64,000 nucleotides of DNA from Octopus sinensis (taxonomy: Eukaryota). Made by a program: the position numbers and the translations under genes. Shown here piece by piece: positions 1-12,786 of the stretch; position 1 is the first letter of the stretch, and every line of letters starts with the position of its first letter. Where the stretch lies: NCBI RefSeq assembly GCF_006345805.1, contig NC_043006.1:9424001-9488000 (forward strand). The letters are read 5' to 3'. The notes under the pieces were generated by a model that saw only the letters and a program-made list of their open reading frames with translations, was not told the DNA's origin and made no database searches.

Positions 1-96
1 TCGTTCCGTCCCGCTGGGGAACACATACGCCATTGAAACCGGGAAACCGGGCCCATGAGTCTGGCTAGGCTTTAAAAGGCCGCATTTATTATTATT
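1..96 (+). mobile_element. Probable 3' end of an interspersed retro-repeat, cut by the window edge
   Basis: GC-richer segment ending ...GGCTAGGCTTTAAAAGGCCGC followed by a short (ATT)n tail. The family is not identified. Confidence 0.3.
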
Positions 97-1173
97 TTCC
101 TAAATAGGCAGTGTGATGACATAGTAGTAGGTTTTATCTTCTGTGAGCGGACGAGGTGATTTCAATGTTTACAGTTATTGCATCATTGAACATTACGCTA
201 CACACAGCTCAAAATATCGAACACATGTGTTAGTGTTTAAATTGCGGCTACTGGAAAAAAAAAACAATGAATGAACTTTAGTATTGCATTACCAGAAAAT
301 CGATAATATAGGTAATATTCATGAGGAAGACAGCTATTTTAGTGGAATTACTGTAGCCTTCCCTGGTGACTGGCACCAAATAAAACGATTTTCTTAGAAA
401 TGGTAGCAGTACAGAGGCAATTAATGAATGGTTTATGAATTCTCTTGTTGGAAGAATTTCAGGTCGTGCTATTTAACAGAAATGTTTCGAATGGCAGAGA
501 GTATGCTCGAAAAAATTCCATTTAAGAGAAACTTCGGTGAGGAACATTATTGAATTAGTGTTAGGAGTCGAAGAAATTCTATTCAGATAAACTCAATCGC
601 AAAACAGAATTTAAGATAATCTTATACATCATTTTACTACTTCGTTTTTCCTAGGACATCAGGAAAACTGTAAATATAAGTTCTGCAAGAAAATATTATG
701 ATGACTTTGGTCGTGGATGAATGTATGGCGAGGGGGCTTAAAATCTCATCGAACTATTGTAGAAAGACGGCCAGTAGTTGCTTTCTTCGTCTCCTGATTT
801 ACAAAATATTTTTAATAATTCAATCTCCTCATCCTGCTTCTCATTCTTCTCACGTAAATAATTTTTCATTTTGAAAGAGTTGCTATGAACTTAGCAAATT
901 CGATTAGATCTTAGAAGATCTTAAATAGATTTCCAAACTACAGATTCCAAATGTTATTCCTAACAATTATTCTCTTGCGTCCTGCTTATCCAACCAATTT
1001 ATTCGATTTGAGTTGAGTGTTTATGTAATTCAAAACAAAAATAAAATAAGTTGGTAATTGACCCACTCGTTTGAAAATTTAAATAGATATACATCTGTTT
1101 AGGGCAAGAACTGACGTCTATAAAATATCGGGACCTGATGTTTACACAGAAAAGTGGTATTTATAGTTCAAAG

Positions 1174-1410
1174 GGCGGCGAGCTGGCAGAAACGTTAGCA
1201 CGCCGGGCGAAATGCGTAGCCGTATTTCGTCTGCCGTTACGTTCTGAGTTCAAATTCCGCCGAGATCGACTTTGCCTTTCATCCTTTCGGGGTCGATTAA
1301 ATAAGTACCAGTTATGCACTGGGGTCGATATAATCAATTTAATCCGTTTGTCTGTCCTTGGTTGTCCTCTCTGTGTTTAGCCCCTTGTTGGTAGTAAAGA
1401 AATAGGTATT
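1174..1410 (+). mobile_element. tRNA-derived SINE, family A (my label)
   Basis: Head GGCGGCGAGCTGGCAGAAACGTTAGC with B-box-like GAGTTCAAATTCC. Near-identical to the reverse-strand copies at 30633-30861 and 50705-50924. Possible TSD AGTTCAAA (1165-1172 / 1414-1421). Confidence 0.85.
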
Positions 1411-3561
1411 TAAAGTTCAAAATATAAGCAAATTTCCAGAAAATTTTTAACTGCAAAATTATTATTACCTTCTCCGTTACTAAGATAGGTGATGTGAACG
1501 TTTCACCGTGCTTTATTATCCTCAGCTCAAGGAGACATTACTACGTTTTAGCTTCTTTATTATCGTGCTGGTTGTCAAATGTACGACGCCAATTAGGGGA
1601 CTAAGTTTTGATGCATTAGTCTTCAATGAGATCAAAATCTCATCGACACACGCATTCGTTTGGCAGGGATCAAGGATAGCAGTAGAAATGTTTCACCAGT
1701 GTCTTAATTTCGATTTATGCCCGTTTCACTTCAAACAAGGTTCAGAGACAAACCGCCAAATTGCTAACCTTAGCAGTGAATGCTTTACTTTCATTTTAAA
1801 GGCTAAGTAGGACGTAGTGGTTTGGTGTTCACTTACAACATCTAAATGCATTCTTGATAGTGTACTTGTTGGCTTATGTTGAGAGCGTAAGTGTTTTTCC
1901 GCGGAGACCTAAGTCTATGAGCATAATTTGGTGCAAGGCACCTTGACCAGGACCATACACTAGGTGTTAGTCTCAGCTGCTGTATTGCCAAACACTTCAC
2001 CTGAGATAAAATTAGTAAAAAATGGTAATATTAGGTAATATTTATTTGAATCCTATAAGCTAATTAGACTAAAGTTCTATAATTTGTAAGCGGTTAAGCG
2101 ATTGTAAGTACAAGGATACCAACAAGAATTAAACTCGCGGCTTGATGATATCATATAGCGATATGAATCTTGGGTCTTAAACCTTGTTTCATTGATTCCC
2201 CGAAATAAGAATCGAGTATAAGCCTTAAATTATAATTGGAATTCCGTATTCGACAAGACTTCTGTTTGGGCTCACACTTGTCCCTTTCTCAGAGACTGTA
2301 ACGCATCAGTTGCCATTTATTGTTAAATTATGTACTTATTCACAGAAATAGATATGTACTCGACGTTGGCAACAAGTGCATCATTTTAAATCGTTTCTCT
2401 CCGATTTGGCTTTTGCTATATTGCTACAGAAGTTAAAAATTGTAAAAGGCAACCTGCTTGTAAGAAGACAAGTGAGTTTTGTATCAATATATTTGGAAGA
2501 TATTTACATTATTGTGTCCAAAACCATGTAGACGGATGTGGTTCTCCTATAGACGAGGAAGTCATAAAATCTCGTATTTTCCACTTTAAATCGTTGCGGT
2601 TTCACCTCGATTAGGTTTGTGGCTCGGTGGACATAAGTTTCTATAAAAAGAGGCCTTTTGATAGGAGCCCTATTTCTAGGTAGCTTATCTCAATTTTGTG
2701 GTTGTGTAGATAAATCGAGATTGTATGGCTAGCACTAATGAAATAACTGAGCACAAATCGTATTCAACTTGCTAATTTATCGTTGTGAAAACATTGGAGC
2801 CTCTCTAAAATAAATGCCTTAAAGTTTTGGTAAGATTCGTCGAGGTTATGCCAACTTGAATGCAGATTGTAAAACATAAATTGAAGCTGAGATTCTTGTT
2901 TGGCCCTACATAGCCGTTCTTTTAAAGGGTCCTCTCTTTATTGATCATTAGTCAAAATATGTTTTAATTCTTGTTGTTGCTATAAGGGAAAATATAAAAG
3001 ATTCTAACCCTTTTTTATATTCTTGTGATGTCTCCTCACTCGTCGCTTTTCTGGCAGAAAAAACAATCTCATGTTATTAGCAATAGTATTATCATTAAAA
3101 ACCACTGCAGAATATTCAAGTACATATTGACTGAGATATATAATAAATCATTCCAAAGGTTAGGTTATATATCAATGTTTATATTATCTTGGCAATCATT
3201 TATTGCCGAATTTACATATTTACATCTAAATAGTAACAAATGAATTGCTGATGCGACATATCATGAATAAAAAGCAAAATATTAATAAACTAGCCGCAAT
3301 ATCGATTTCTATAAAAGATAATATTCAGGTACGAAAGATCATTGAAATCTTGTTTCGTCTTTTAGTTTTTTTTGCTTGTTTTTTTTTTAGTTCATTTTTT
3401 TTTTATTTTACGTTTTTAGCAATATTACTTCAAACACATCTAACATCTTTCTTTAATGTATCATAAATGTTGTTTGAATGTATTGTAATAATTATAGATT
3501 GGTGAGGATTATATACCACGTTTCGTTATACAGGGATGTTTGGCTGTTAGGTATGCATGTA

Positions 3562-3705
3562 TATACATACATATATATACATATATATATATATATATAA
3601 AATACATATGTATATGTGTTTATGTGTATATACACATTAACTTATATATATATATATATATATAAAATACATATGTATATGTGCTTATGTATATATACAC
3701 ATAAA

Positions 3706-3740
<35 letters not shown>

Positions 3741-3875
3741 GTATATATATATATATATATTTATATATACATATACATGTATATAAACATCCACACGCAA
3801 TGCAACACACGAACAGATGCACAAATTATGAGTATGTATATTTGTATATATACTTGTACATGGATATATATATAT

Positions 3876-3911
<36 letters not shown>

Positions 3912-3912
3912 C
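3562..3912. repeat. Compound (TA)n/(CA)n microsatellite with an internal ~66-bp tandem duplication
   Basis: TA runs. The unit AAAATACATATGTATATGTG(T/C)TTATGT..TATATACACAT.AACTT occurs at ~3599 and ~3665. Confidence 0.9.
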
Positions 3913-6864
3913 AAGTACACACACACTAACAGGAACATCTACAGGCGCACTGTAATACACCCAAACGAATACACACATACGCCTACATGCGTTCAAATGT
4001 TAATACTATTTTTTCAAAGTAATAGAAGATGAGTCCTCATCGCATCAATATGTTATACAGTGTCTATTGCTTATTCGAAAAAGAATTTGTTTCCTATCAA
4101 ATAAATTTTCACACACTGACACCAACAGTTTCATTGTGTTTTACTAATCGTAATTCGGTTTGCATAATATGGCACAGTTTAATATCTTACCCGTTGTTTT
4201 ATGAAATGAAGACGTGTTCAAATTTGACCTTTGTTTCATATCTCTTTCGTTTTATTTTGTTCGTCTTCCCCGTTACATCTTGATTGGCTCGTTGAAAATA
4301 TATTTTGGTATGATTGCTTTACGTCACCCATTGCAAAGGTGTTCTTCGACTTTGCCTGCTGATATCTTAATTACAAGCTCTCTTTGTGAAAAACGCTACC
4401 AGCGTGTTGCTTCAAGTTGAAGAATTTGCTGATTGTCATGTCTCTGATTCATGTTTTGCATTCTGACATTTTATCGTTACACAACGAGGTTCTGAATTGT
4501 CTTTTGCATCAAAATATCTAGAATGTGTAACATTTCCTCTATGATTACTTAGAATTCATACCTTTGTTTGTGAATATTTTGCATGATTTTCTTATTTTGT
4601 AGCTAGGTCGGATGCTTCATTATATGATGTTGATAATGTGGTATAATTCTCCATTTCTGTTCCGTTGATACATCTCTGTATGCTCAATCATATTGTCGTA
4701 AAGTGTTTAGAGAGAAACCACGCAGAACTCGGTCGGTTTTGTATGGAATATGTGTATGTTGCTATGCATACATGCTTCTATGCATGTATGTATTTATGTA
4801 TGCATGTATGGCGGGCTCTGTTAGAACTGACTCTGTTAGAAGAAGTAAGTGAGATAAAATTGTTGTATGGGAAAGTCGACGGCAATATGCCCGTCGAGTC
4901 GGGTAAATCTGCTTGGGAGGAGGACGGCTTTTGTTGGACACCCTACTGGACGAAAATAAGACTAGTCAAAGGCAGATGGATTCTGTACGATTAACAACCA
5001 TTCAATAGCCATATGTGAGATACCAGCTAGAATTTTGTGTGGGTGTGTGTGTGTGATATCACCTTAGGTGAAGGTCGTCTCTGATGTAAAATCTCTGACT
5101 TCGTTGGCATCCAATGATGTAATTTATTTGCTGTAAGAGGAGGGACAAATGCTTTCGTTGTTTAGAGAGTGCGATTGATCCTGTGTTAGTTCTTTCATCG
5201 CTTTAAAAAAGCTTCAGGCAAAGGCATCGCTTCGTTTTCAACATTTGTTTTGTGAGTTCAATATCATAGTTAGCTGAAGTCGCGGAAAGCAAAACATCAA
5301 ATGAAAAATTCCATGATGGAACAAAGGCATGTGTCAGCGTAAGTGATAACCTCTTTGAATACCTACTGCAAAAGATGCTTATCATTGCCGCATCTGTGCA
5401 AATAACAACACTAAAAAGCCGCATCCACGATGCCCAGGTTTCAGAGAACAAACAGTCGACAGCATTGCCAAAAATCCACTGCAAGTTATCAATTATGTTT
5501 ATGTGTGTATGTGGGCGTATGTGTTAATAGACCCATATGTCTATGTGTATTTGTGAATGTGTGTGCGTGTGTGTTTGTGCCTGTATATTTCTTACTACAT
5601 AGGTTCTAAAAATTGGTATTGCTTTTGTTCCTGCACAAATAGAGACGATAAAATGAACACTAGACAAAAAATATGTGGTTTAGCTGAGTTGAACATTAAA
5701 ACAGTTGCGGTACACTTTCATGATTCCGGTCCATTTATGTGAACCAGTATATCTCGTGAAAATTTTAAAGGAAATTTTTTCATATATATATTCTTCCATA
5801 TGTATGTGTAAAATCGAACTTACACGAATGTAATTTTGCTGTACATAAGACGGCATGTCGAGGATAATTTTAAGGGTTAAATAACAAAGAAAAAATAAAG
5901 ACCAGCGTGATGGCTACTTTGAAATATATAACCAGCCTAACATTATGAAATCTATAATACCGACACACACACACACATATGGACAGGTGTAGAGACATAC
6001 GCACAAGCACTTACATACACATACATAAATGCATACATACAGGTTAGTGCGCAATTGTGTCTGATATCTATTAGCGTCTGCACTATCATGAATAATAAAT
6101 GGTGACCATAATCACTTTGAAGTTCCAATACACAGCATATCGACACTTATTAAATCATGCCTCGAAGTCCACCTGTAACGATTACACGCATTGATAGCGA
6201 TAGAATAGTCATTGCATGAACAAAGTCAAGTTTCGAAATTTTCAAATAGTGATATCATAGCGTAACTTTATATGTATTTAGACCAGTGATATCAGATTCT
6301 AATAATCATAATAAAGCAAGCGGAAACATCACTTAAAGGAATTTGTGTCATCACAATAGGCAAGGCTGATATGAATCCTAACATACAACTAAGCGTAATT
6401 AAATAAATTATGTTCTATAGATGTCTTCCGTATCATAGCTATTTAATAAGTACATGCTACTAATTGAAATGATATTAGATTGGTACCATTGAAAATGATT
6501 GTATTGGAAATCACAGCATTCGGTTTCTAATAATGCAACTAGACTTAGGATGATAATTAAACGCGTATTGTTAATTGAAACTGCGAAATATTCAGATATA
6601 ACAAATTTCGAGGTGTAAATAATTACTGCGACACAACATATATTTAATAAATATTTCTGCGTGTCTGTCTGTCTATCTCTCTTTCTTTCTCTCTCTGTCT
6701 GTCTGTATGTCCGCGATGAATAGAAGATAAAGAGTGATAATTGAGCCGATAGTCCATTGGCATACCCTAGACATCTATTGTATATTCTGCTGATTAAACC
6801 ATGTATTTCCTCAAATACGGACATATTTATCTATACTTATATGTTGTATACATATATTTTTCAT

Positions 6865-6986
6865 TCTCTCTCTCTCTCACTATCGCTCACACTCTCATGT
6901 TCTCTCTCTTTATATATGTGTGTGAGCGTGTGTATGAGCGTGCGTGTGCGTGCGTATGAGTGTGTGTGTGTGTATGTGTGTGTGTG
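6865..6986. repeat. (CT)n/(GT)n microsatellite
   Basis: Direct dinucleotide runs. Confidence 0.85.
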
Positions 6987-7215
6987 ATAGAAACTTTTGG
7001 CGAAGACGAGACTTGAGTGTTTAGCGTTTGACCAGCAAATATGTATATGTTGTACATAGGTTCACTCTCTCCATCAAATATTTCTTACCTGAACATGTGC
7101 AACGGTGTACGCCGAGTCAGGTGTCGAACAGATCAGAGGGCAACATGAGATAGAGTGATGGTTTTTTCATTAACAACACAACGCACCACGATTCATGATC
7201 GTGACTTTCCGCATA

Positions 7216-7290
7216 TTCTTTTATTCTTTTAATTGTTTCAGTCATTTGACAGCGGCCATGATGGAGCACCACCTTCAGTTGAACGAATCT
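7216..7290 (-). mobile_element. 3' tip of a family B SINE
   Basis: TTCTTTTATTCTTTTAATTGTTTCAGTCATTTGACAGCGGCCATGATGGAGCACC matches the 3' end of the full B copies. Confidence 0.7.
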
Positions 7291-7415
7291 ACCTTCCTTT
7301 TAACCTATAATCACTATAACATATTTCGTATGTATATTTTAATATACAACCATTTCTATTTTCCATACATATAAATGCTCTCTCAAATTTAACTACACTT
7401 CAGCGTTATAGCTCT

Positions 7416-7472
7416 GAGTAAATATATAGAGTAATATATAGAGTAATATATAGAGTAATATATAGAGTAATA
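7416..7472. repeat. 12-bp minisatellite (GAGTAATATATA) x~4.5
   Basis: Read directly from the sequence. Confidence 0.9.
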
Positions 7473-7523
7473 CACAAACAATCAGCTTTGAGTGATTGCA
7501 CCTCACAACAGACACAGCTGTAA

Positions 7524-7903
7524 ACTTTACACTTTTACACTTTGACTTCTTTCAGTCATTTTGACTGCGGCCACGCTGGAGCAACGTCTTTAGTCGAGCA
7601 AATCGACCCTGGGACTTATTCTTTGTAAGCCCAGTACTTATTCTATCGCTCTCTTTTGCCGAACCGATAGGTGACGGGGACGTAAACACTCCAGCATCGG
7701 TTGCCAAGCAATGCTAGGGGGGCAAACACAGCAGACACACAAACACACACATACATATATAAATATATACATATATACGACAGGCTTCTTTCAGTTTCGT
7801 CTACCAAATCCACTCACAAGGCATTGGTCAGCCCGGGGCTATAGCAGAAGACACTTGCCCAAGATGCCACGCAGTGAGGCTGAACCCGGGACCATGTGGT
7901 TGT
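7524..7903 (-). mobile_element. tRNA-derived SINE, family B, 5'-truncated
   Basis: Colinear with the copies at 38271-38687, 50083-50496 and 63087-63497. Has the internal (TA/CA)n tract and the (CTTTTA)n tail. Confidence 0.9.
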
Positions 7904-8049
7904 TACTATATAATTCCTTGATCCCTTGTCTTTTTTAATCTTTTATGCCGCTCTCTACTAGACTAATATTTTTTGGGAGATGGACTTGTATATTGTGTTC
8001 TGACGGAAGATTTTGGGCATTAGTATGCTTAATCTATCATGTTTCTCTT

Positions 8050-8142
<93 letters not shown>
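8050..8142. repeat. (CT)n + (TA)n microsatellite
   Basis: Direct. Confidence 0.9.
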
Positions 8143-8143
<1 letters not shown>

Positions 8144-8538
8144 TTATAATAGTCACAAACTGACACACACGTGATCATATATCTATGATATTTTCTTACG
8201 TCATCTGAATTCTTAGTTAATATAAAATGAGGTTGAATTTCCAAACGAGACATTTACAGAGGTAACAAAGAAAATCGATAAGGAGGAAAAATGTGTTTCT
8301 CTCACGAATGGAAAAGAAGAGAATCGATGTTGTTAAATGGTGTTAAGCGGAGATAAGTACTGGACTAGAAACATTGAAAGAAGGGGCCGAATGACAAGAG
8401 CATTCATAAATGTCTTACGCATACGCCTACAGAAACAGAGATAGGGATATAGATCAATGGTACTGGTATTGACATACGATTGATTGAGAAAAATAACTGT
8501 ATGAAGGAAGAACACTAAAACAATGAATGAGGAGGCAA

Positions 8539-8603
<65 letters not shown>

Positions 8604-9144
8604 TTACATCAATGGAAATAAAGACAAGTAGACTGATCGACCAAAAATAGAGATAGTGTTAATATTTGCTCCATCCGTCGGGTGTGGATTATCGATTGCA
8701 AAGTCTGGATAATGTGAATTTTCAAATAATGCAGTTGGCAAAGTTCTCTGAGCGGCATTTTAGATATAGGATTTTAGTAAAAAGGATTTTTATCCCTTTA
8801 TGTTACAAATATTGCAAGGATAAATTTCCGCCAACTGCACTTTTGTTGTACAGAGTGCATTGCAATTGGGATAAATCGCTATGAAATTATCTGTTAAGAA
8901 TCAGATGTACGAGGCGAAAGAAATTTAGTTGCTTTTGCCTGGTTTGTAAGTTTTACATAAAATATTTCGGAAGATTGATTCTAGATTTTGTTTGTTCGTT
9001 AAATATTTGATGACGTATAGCATTGCCATTTGTATGATATCACACCCACTATAATTTACCGCTCTGGTCACAAAGATCTTCTTTAGAAGCCATCCACTTA
9101 AGGGGAAATCACTTGTCTTCACCATAATTGTAATATATGTTTGT

Positions 9145-9521
9145 GGAGGCGCAATGGCCCAGTGGTTGGGGCAGCGGGCACGCGGTCGTAGGATCACGGT
9201 TTCGATTCCCAGACCGGGCATTGTGAGATTTTATTGAGCGAAAACACCTAAAGCTTCACGAGGCTTCTGCAGGGGTTGGTGGTGAACCCTGCTGTACTGT
9301 TTCACCACAACTTTCTCTGACTCTTTCTTCCTGTTTCTGTTGTACCTGTATTTCAAAGGGCCAGCCTTGTCACACTCTGTGTCACGCTGAATCTCCTCGA
9401 GAACTACGTTAAGGGTACACGTGTCTGTGGAGTGCCCAGACACTTGCATGTTAATTCCCCGAGCAAGCTGTTCCGTTGATCGTATCAGCTGGGACCCTCA
9501 TCGTCGTAACCGACGGAGTGC
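9145..9521 (+). mobile_element. tRNA-derived SINE, family D
   Basis: A-box TGGCCCAGTGG and B-box GGTTTCGATTCC. Highly similar to 33554-33929. Confidence 0.9.
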
Positions 9522-9663
9522 TCCTATGCTATATGTAATATAGGTGTGTGTGTGTATTGAACCATAATCTTTGGGATGAAAAGGTTTCAGGATCTTGCTT
9601 ATTTCACTTATCAACATGGTTCTCTCAAAACAAACGTTTACAATCAAGCTTCCACCCACCATT

Positions 9664-9910
9664 CTTACTCTTTTACTCTCTATTTTACTCGTTTACTTGT
9701 TTCAGTCATGTGACTGCGGCCATACTGGAGCACCGCCTTTAGTCGAACAAATCAACCCCGGGACTTATTTTTTGTAATCCCAGTACTTATTCTATCGGTC
9801 TCTTTTGCTGAACCGCTAGGTGACGGGGACGTAAACACACCAGCATCGGTTGTCAAGCACTGCTAGGGGGGCAAACACAGACACACAGACACACAAACAC
9901 ACACACATAT

Positions 9911-9982
<72 letters not shown>

Positions 9983-10125
9983 TACGACAGGCTTCTTTCA
10001 GTTTCCGTCTACCAAATCTACTCACAAGGCATTGGTCGGCCCGGGGCTATAGCAGAAGACATTTGCCCAAGATGCCACGCAGTGGGACTGAACCCAGAAC
10101 CATATGGCTGGTTAGCAAGCTACTT
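9664..10125 (-). mobile_element. Family B SINE, 3' portion (interrupted by the 2.2-kb insertion)
   Basis: Matches the other B copies up to GTTAGCAAGCTACTT. The missing head resumes at 12307. Confidence 0.9.
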
Positions 10126-10298
10126 TATTTCAAAACATTTCCCATAAAGGCAGTACACAGATTAAGTTAGCTTTGCGGGCTGGACGAGGACATTAATGAA
10201 GTGAATGATAATGAAAGAAAGATGATAAGGATGGGAGAAGACAAAAAGCGCCCGCCGAATTTCGCTTCTCTAAAACATTGTTCTTTTTAAAGATAAAC

Positions 10299-10421
10299 AC
10301 AAAACGAGGTATTAAACCTCTTACAATTTTTCCAATTTTTGGACTTAGCAGTCCATTATTACAAAACGAGGTATTAAACCTCTTACAATTTTTCAATTTT
10401 TGGACTTAGCAGTCCATTACT
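10299..10421. repeat. 62/61-bp tandem duplication in the 3' UTR of the ORF1-only element
   Basis: ACAAAACGAGGTATTAAACCTC...GTCCATTA(T/C)T occurs twice (starts 10299 and 10361). Confidence 0.9.
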
Positions 10422-10440
10422 AATAATAACAGTTCAATAA

Positions 10441-11684
10441 TTACATATCGTCCTCGAAATAGCTTGTGCCCGCGCCCTCCACCATCAACCACGCCTCCCT
10501 CAGAACGTAATCAAGTTCCGAGTTGGCGTCGCCCGGGACCAAGTTATAATCTTCATTGAGCTCCTTTAGCCCAAGCGTCACGTCGAACGCCACGGCCTCC
10601 ACAGCTACCTGCGGAGGCCATTCGGGGTCCTGTGTGAAGGCTAAAGGTGCTCCCTTGTAGTGCTCTTCCATCACTTTTTCAATTTCTCCTCCTCTATAGA
10701 AGAGGACCAATACGTTCAGTTCTTTCGTTGGCGGCACAGTTCCCGCCAACGGTATTCCTTCTCTTGTCGGTGGCACAACCCCAACCGACGCAGTTCCGGG
10801 ACATTCCGGTGCTACACTGACAGCCGGTAATGTCCCGTTTTTCTTCCTCTTTTTCTTTATTTTTCCCTTTTCAACTGAGGGAGGGTGCGTCTCCTCCGTG
10901 GCTGGAAGATTCGCCTTCCTCTCCTCATCCCTATTATCCTTTGGCGAGCACCCATTGTTGCACACCTTCCTCTTTCGGCCTCTGTTTGAGGAGTCCTCTG
11001 CTTTCTCGGCCGTTATCATTCCGTCTTCTAGAGGGGTTTTACTTAACTGTTCCGGGATCCTATTTTGTTCCCGGGGACAGTTCTTCTTTATGTGGCCGGA
11101 CTCCAAGCACCGATGAAACTTAGGTGGGGGGGGCGACCCTCAAGCATCACCGGGTACCTGCACCCGGCCATTTTCAAAAAATCTGGAAGAACCAGGTTGG
11201 CTGATTGGGTCCACAGGGTCAAAATTGCTTTTGACCCAACCCAAGCAGCCGCAGGAAGAACTTTTACATTAAGGAGCTTAGTTTCGCTGCCACCCAGACC
11301 CCAGCGGATAGTCTCCTCTATCCACTCGGGTTCTATGTCGGGTGGCAGCCCGCAGATCCAAGCTTTCATCAATTTCTTTTTTTTGTACGTGGGCAGGAAT
11401 AAGATTTCCTTACCCTCCAGGGGTTTGCTAGCAAATTTGCAAGCCTCTTCAGGGGTGTCAAATAGCAACCACACCGTTGCATATTTGACACCCCTGGAAT
11501 TGAATTTAATTGTTGGCAAATACTCTTCCAACTCCTTTTCAATTGCCGTCTTTTCGAATAGGGCGATGGTGTCGAGTGCCTTGGAGTAGGTTCTCAACAC
11601 CACCGTCCTATCTTCACGGTCTTTTAACAACTTTTTAGGCGGTATGATCTCCCATTCCAAAAGTTTGTTATTTTTCATTGCCAT
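10441..11684 (-). pseudogene. Gag/ORF1-like nucleic-acid-binding protein (~414 aa if joined), RRM-like N-terminus + CCHC zinc knuckle, frameshifted
   Basis: ORF 11088-11684 (ends ...VMLEGRPP) and ORF 10441-11106 join across a C8 run into GRPP..F-H-R-C-LESG-H-IKKN-C, i.e. CX2CX4HX4C with the first Cys read as Phe (TTT for TGT). A basic low-complexity tail follows (RGRKRK, KIKKKRKK). The RRM call is an impression from the alternating hydrophobic pattern. Confidence 0.75.
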
Positions 11685-12306
11685 GTTTTTTTTTTGTTTT
11701 TTTTTAAATGTATTCAGAATAAAACTAAAAAACGAGAAGAAAAGGAAATCCGAAGAAAGTCACAGTTAAAAAATGAGAGAGTCAAATAAAGTTAAAAGGA
11801 AAGTCAAATAAAGTTAAAAAGAAAGTCAATAACACAGCAAAATCCTTCTGGCCATTTGGTACTCCCGGCCTAAATTGAACCAGGAACGCACAACTTCCAC
11901 AAAAATTGGTGTAAAATTGGTAAAAATTGTTCAAACTTCGGAGGCAAAATACTCCCCTATATAGTAGTTTTCACAATTCATAAAAGTTCTTCACAGCACA
12001 ATACAATTCTCACAATTACGTGAGAAAAATATTCACTCAATTTATCGAAGACGGATACGCCCCCCCAAAATTTTCTCAGCGAGAAAAATATATTTGCCAC
12101 ATGTCGGCAGAATCAGAATTCTGAATCCAGTAGGACTTCCTGCCTGTAAAAAACAATTCTCAACAAAAACTTCCACTGGACCCAGAAAACAGAATCTTAC
12201 CTTACATGGGGCTTCCAAAGTTTTCAATTCAAGACGGCTTCAAAAGCACGTCTTCACCGCTTCAGTGCCAAACACAACACTGACTCGCACATGCGCAGAA
12301 GCAACT

Positions 12307-12339
12307 GTTAGCAAGCTACTTACCACCCAGCCACTCCTG
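12307..12339 (-). mobile_element. Family B SINE head (5' portion of the copy at 9664-10125)
   Basis: The reverse strand reads CAGGAGTGGCTGGGTGGTAAGTAGCTTGCTAAC, matching the heads at 38655-38687 and 63087. Confidence 0.85.
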
Positions 12340-12634
12340 TTTTATAAAACAGCCACAGCTGTTTTATTTTCATTGCCTATAGTTGTAAACATACTGAGGT
12401 TGTAGACATATAAAATAGAGTACTTATATAAATAACCATAGGCCTCGTCAGAGGAACTTTAAAAATATCAGTATTAATACATTAAACATGATACACGTAT
12501 TATTTAATATATATAAAAAATAAACAAATATCCAAATAGCCATATACTTATATGGGTACTGTACCAACAGTATATTGGATAAATGCTATCCCATAGTGGG
12601 TTATACCCATAAGGATTTCTAGTACTTTATACCA

Positions 12635-12666
<32 letters not shown>

Positions 12667-12744
12667 ATTTCAACAATTGAGGGTAAAATTAATTAATTAT
12701 TAATCAGATTCACCAAGTGTTCAGTATGTAAAGGGACCATTATA

Positions 12745-12753
12745 GGCGAATTC

Positions 12754-12786
<33 letters not shown>

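Larger units (their letters stand above)
10126..12306 (-). mobile_element. ORF1(gag)-only non-LTR-like element (half-LINE, L1/Tx1-like)
   Basis: Flanked by a 15-bp direct repeat GTTAGCAAGCTACTT (10111-10125, 12307-12321) that splits a SINE. Contains one long gag-like ORF, ends at AATAAA, and shows no RT motifs. Confidence 0.75.

Noticed and set aside
1490-1530. CUGAGGA...GAAACGUU on the minus strand
   Set aside because: Neither stem II nor stem I can form, so it is a chance core match.
4290-4650. Possible very old Penelope GIY-YIG-region relic on the minus strand
   Set aside because: Only vague peptide resemblance (QQILQLEATR, EEHLC), with no GIY/YIG motif readable.
7020-7205. Possible old SINE remnants here and at ~1800-1990
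   Set aside because: Too diverged to delimit or assign without a consensus library.
7711-7938. Recurrent 'MLGG.TQTHKH...FRLPNPLTR' ORFs (also 9850, 38460, 50058, 63056)
   Set aside because: They are chance frames in family B SINE copies, not a gene family.
10830-11589. Plus-strand ORFs of 72-174 aa overlapping the gag-like ORF
   Set aside because: They are antisense shadows of a GC-richer coding region and have no motifs.
12430-12456. CUGACGA-GGCC-UAU-GGUU on the minus strand
   Set aside because: It may be half of a decayed hammerhead, but GAAA and stem III are absent.
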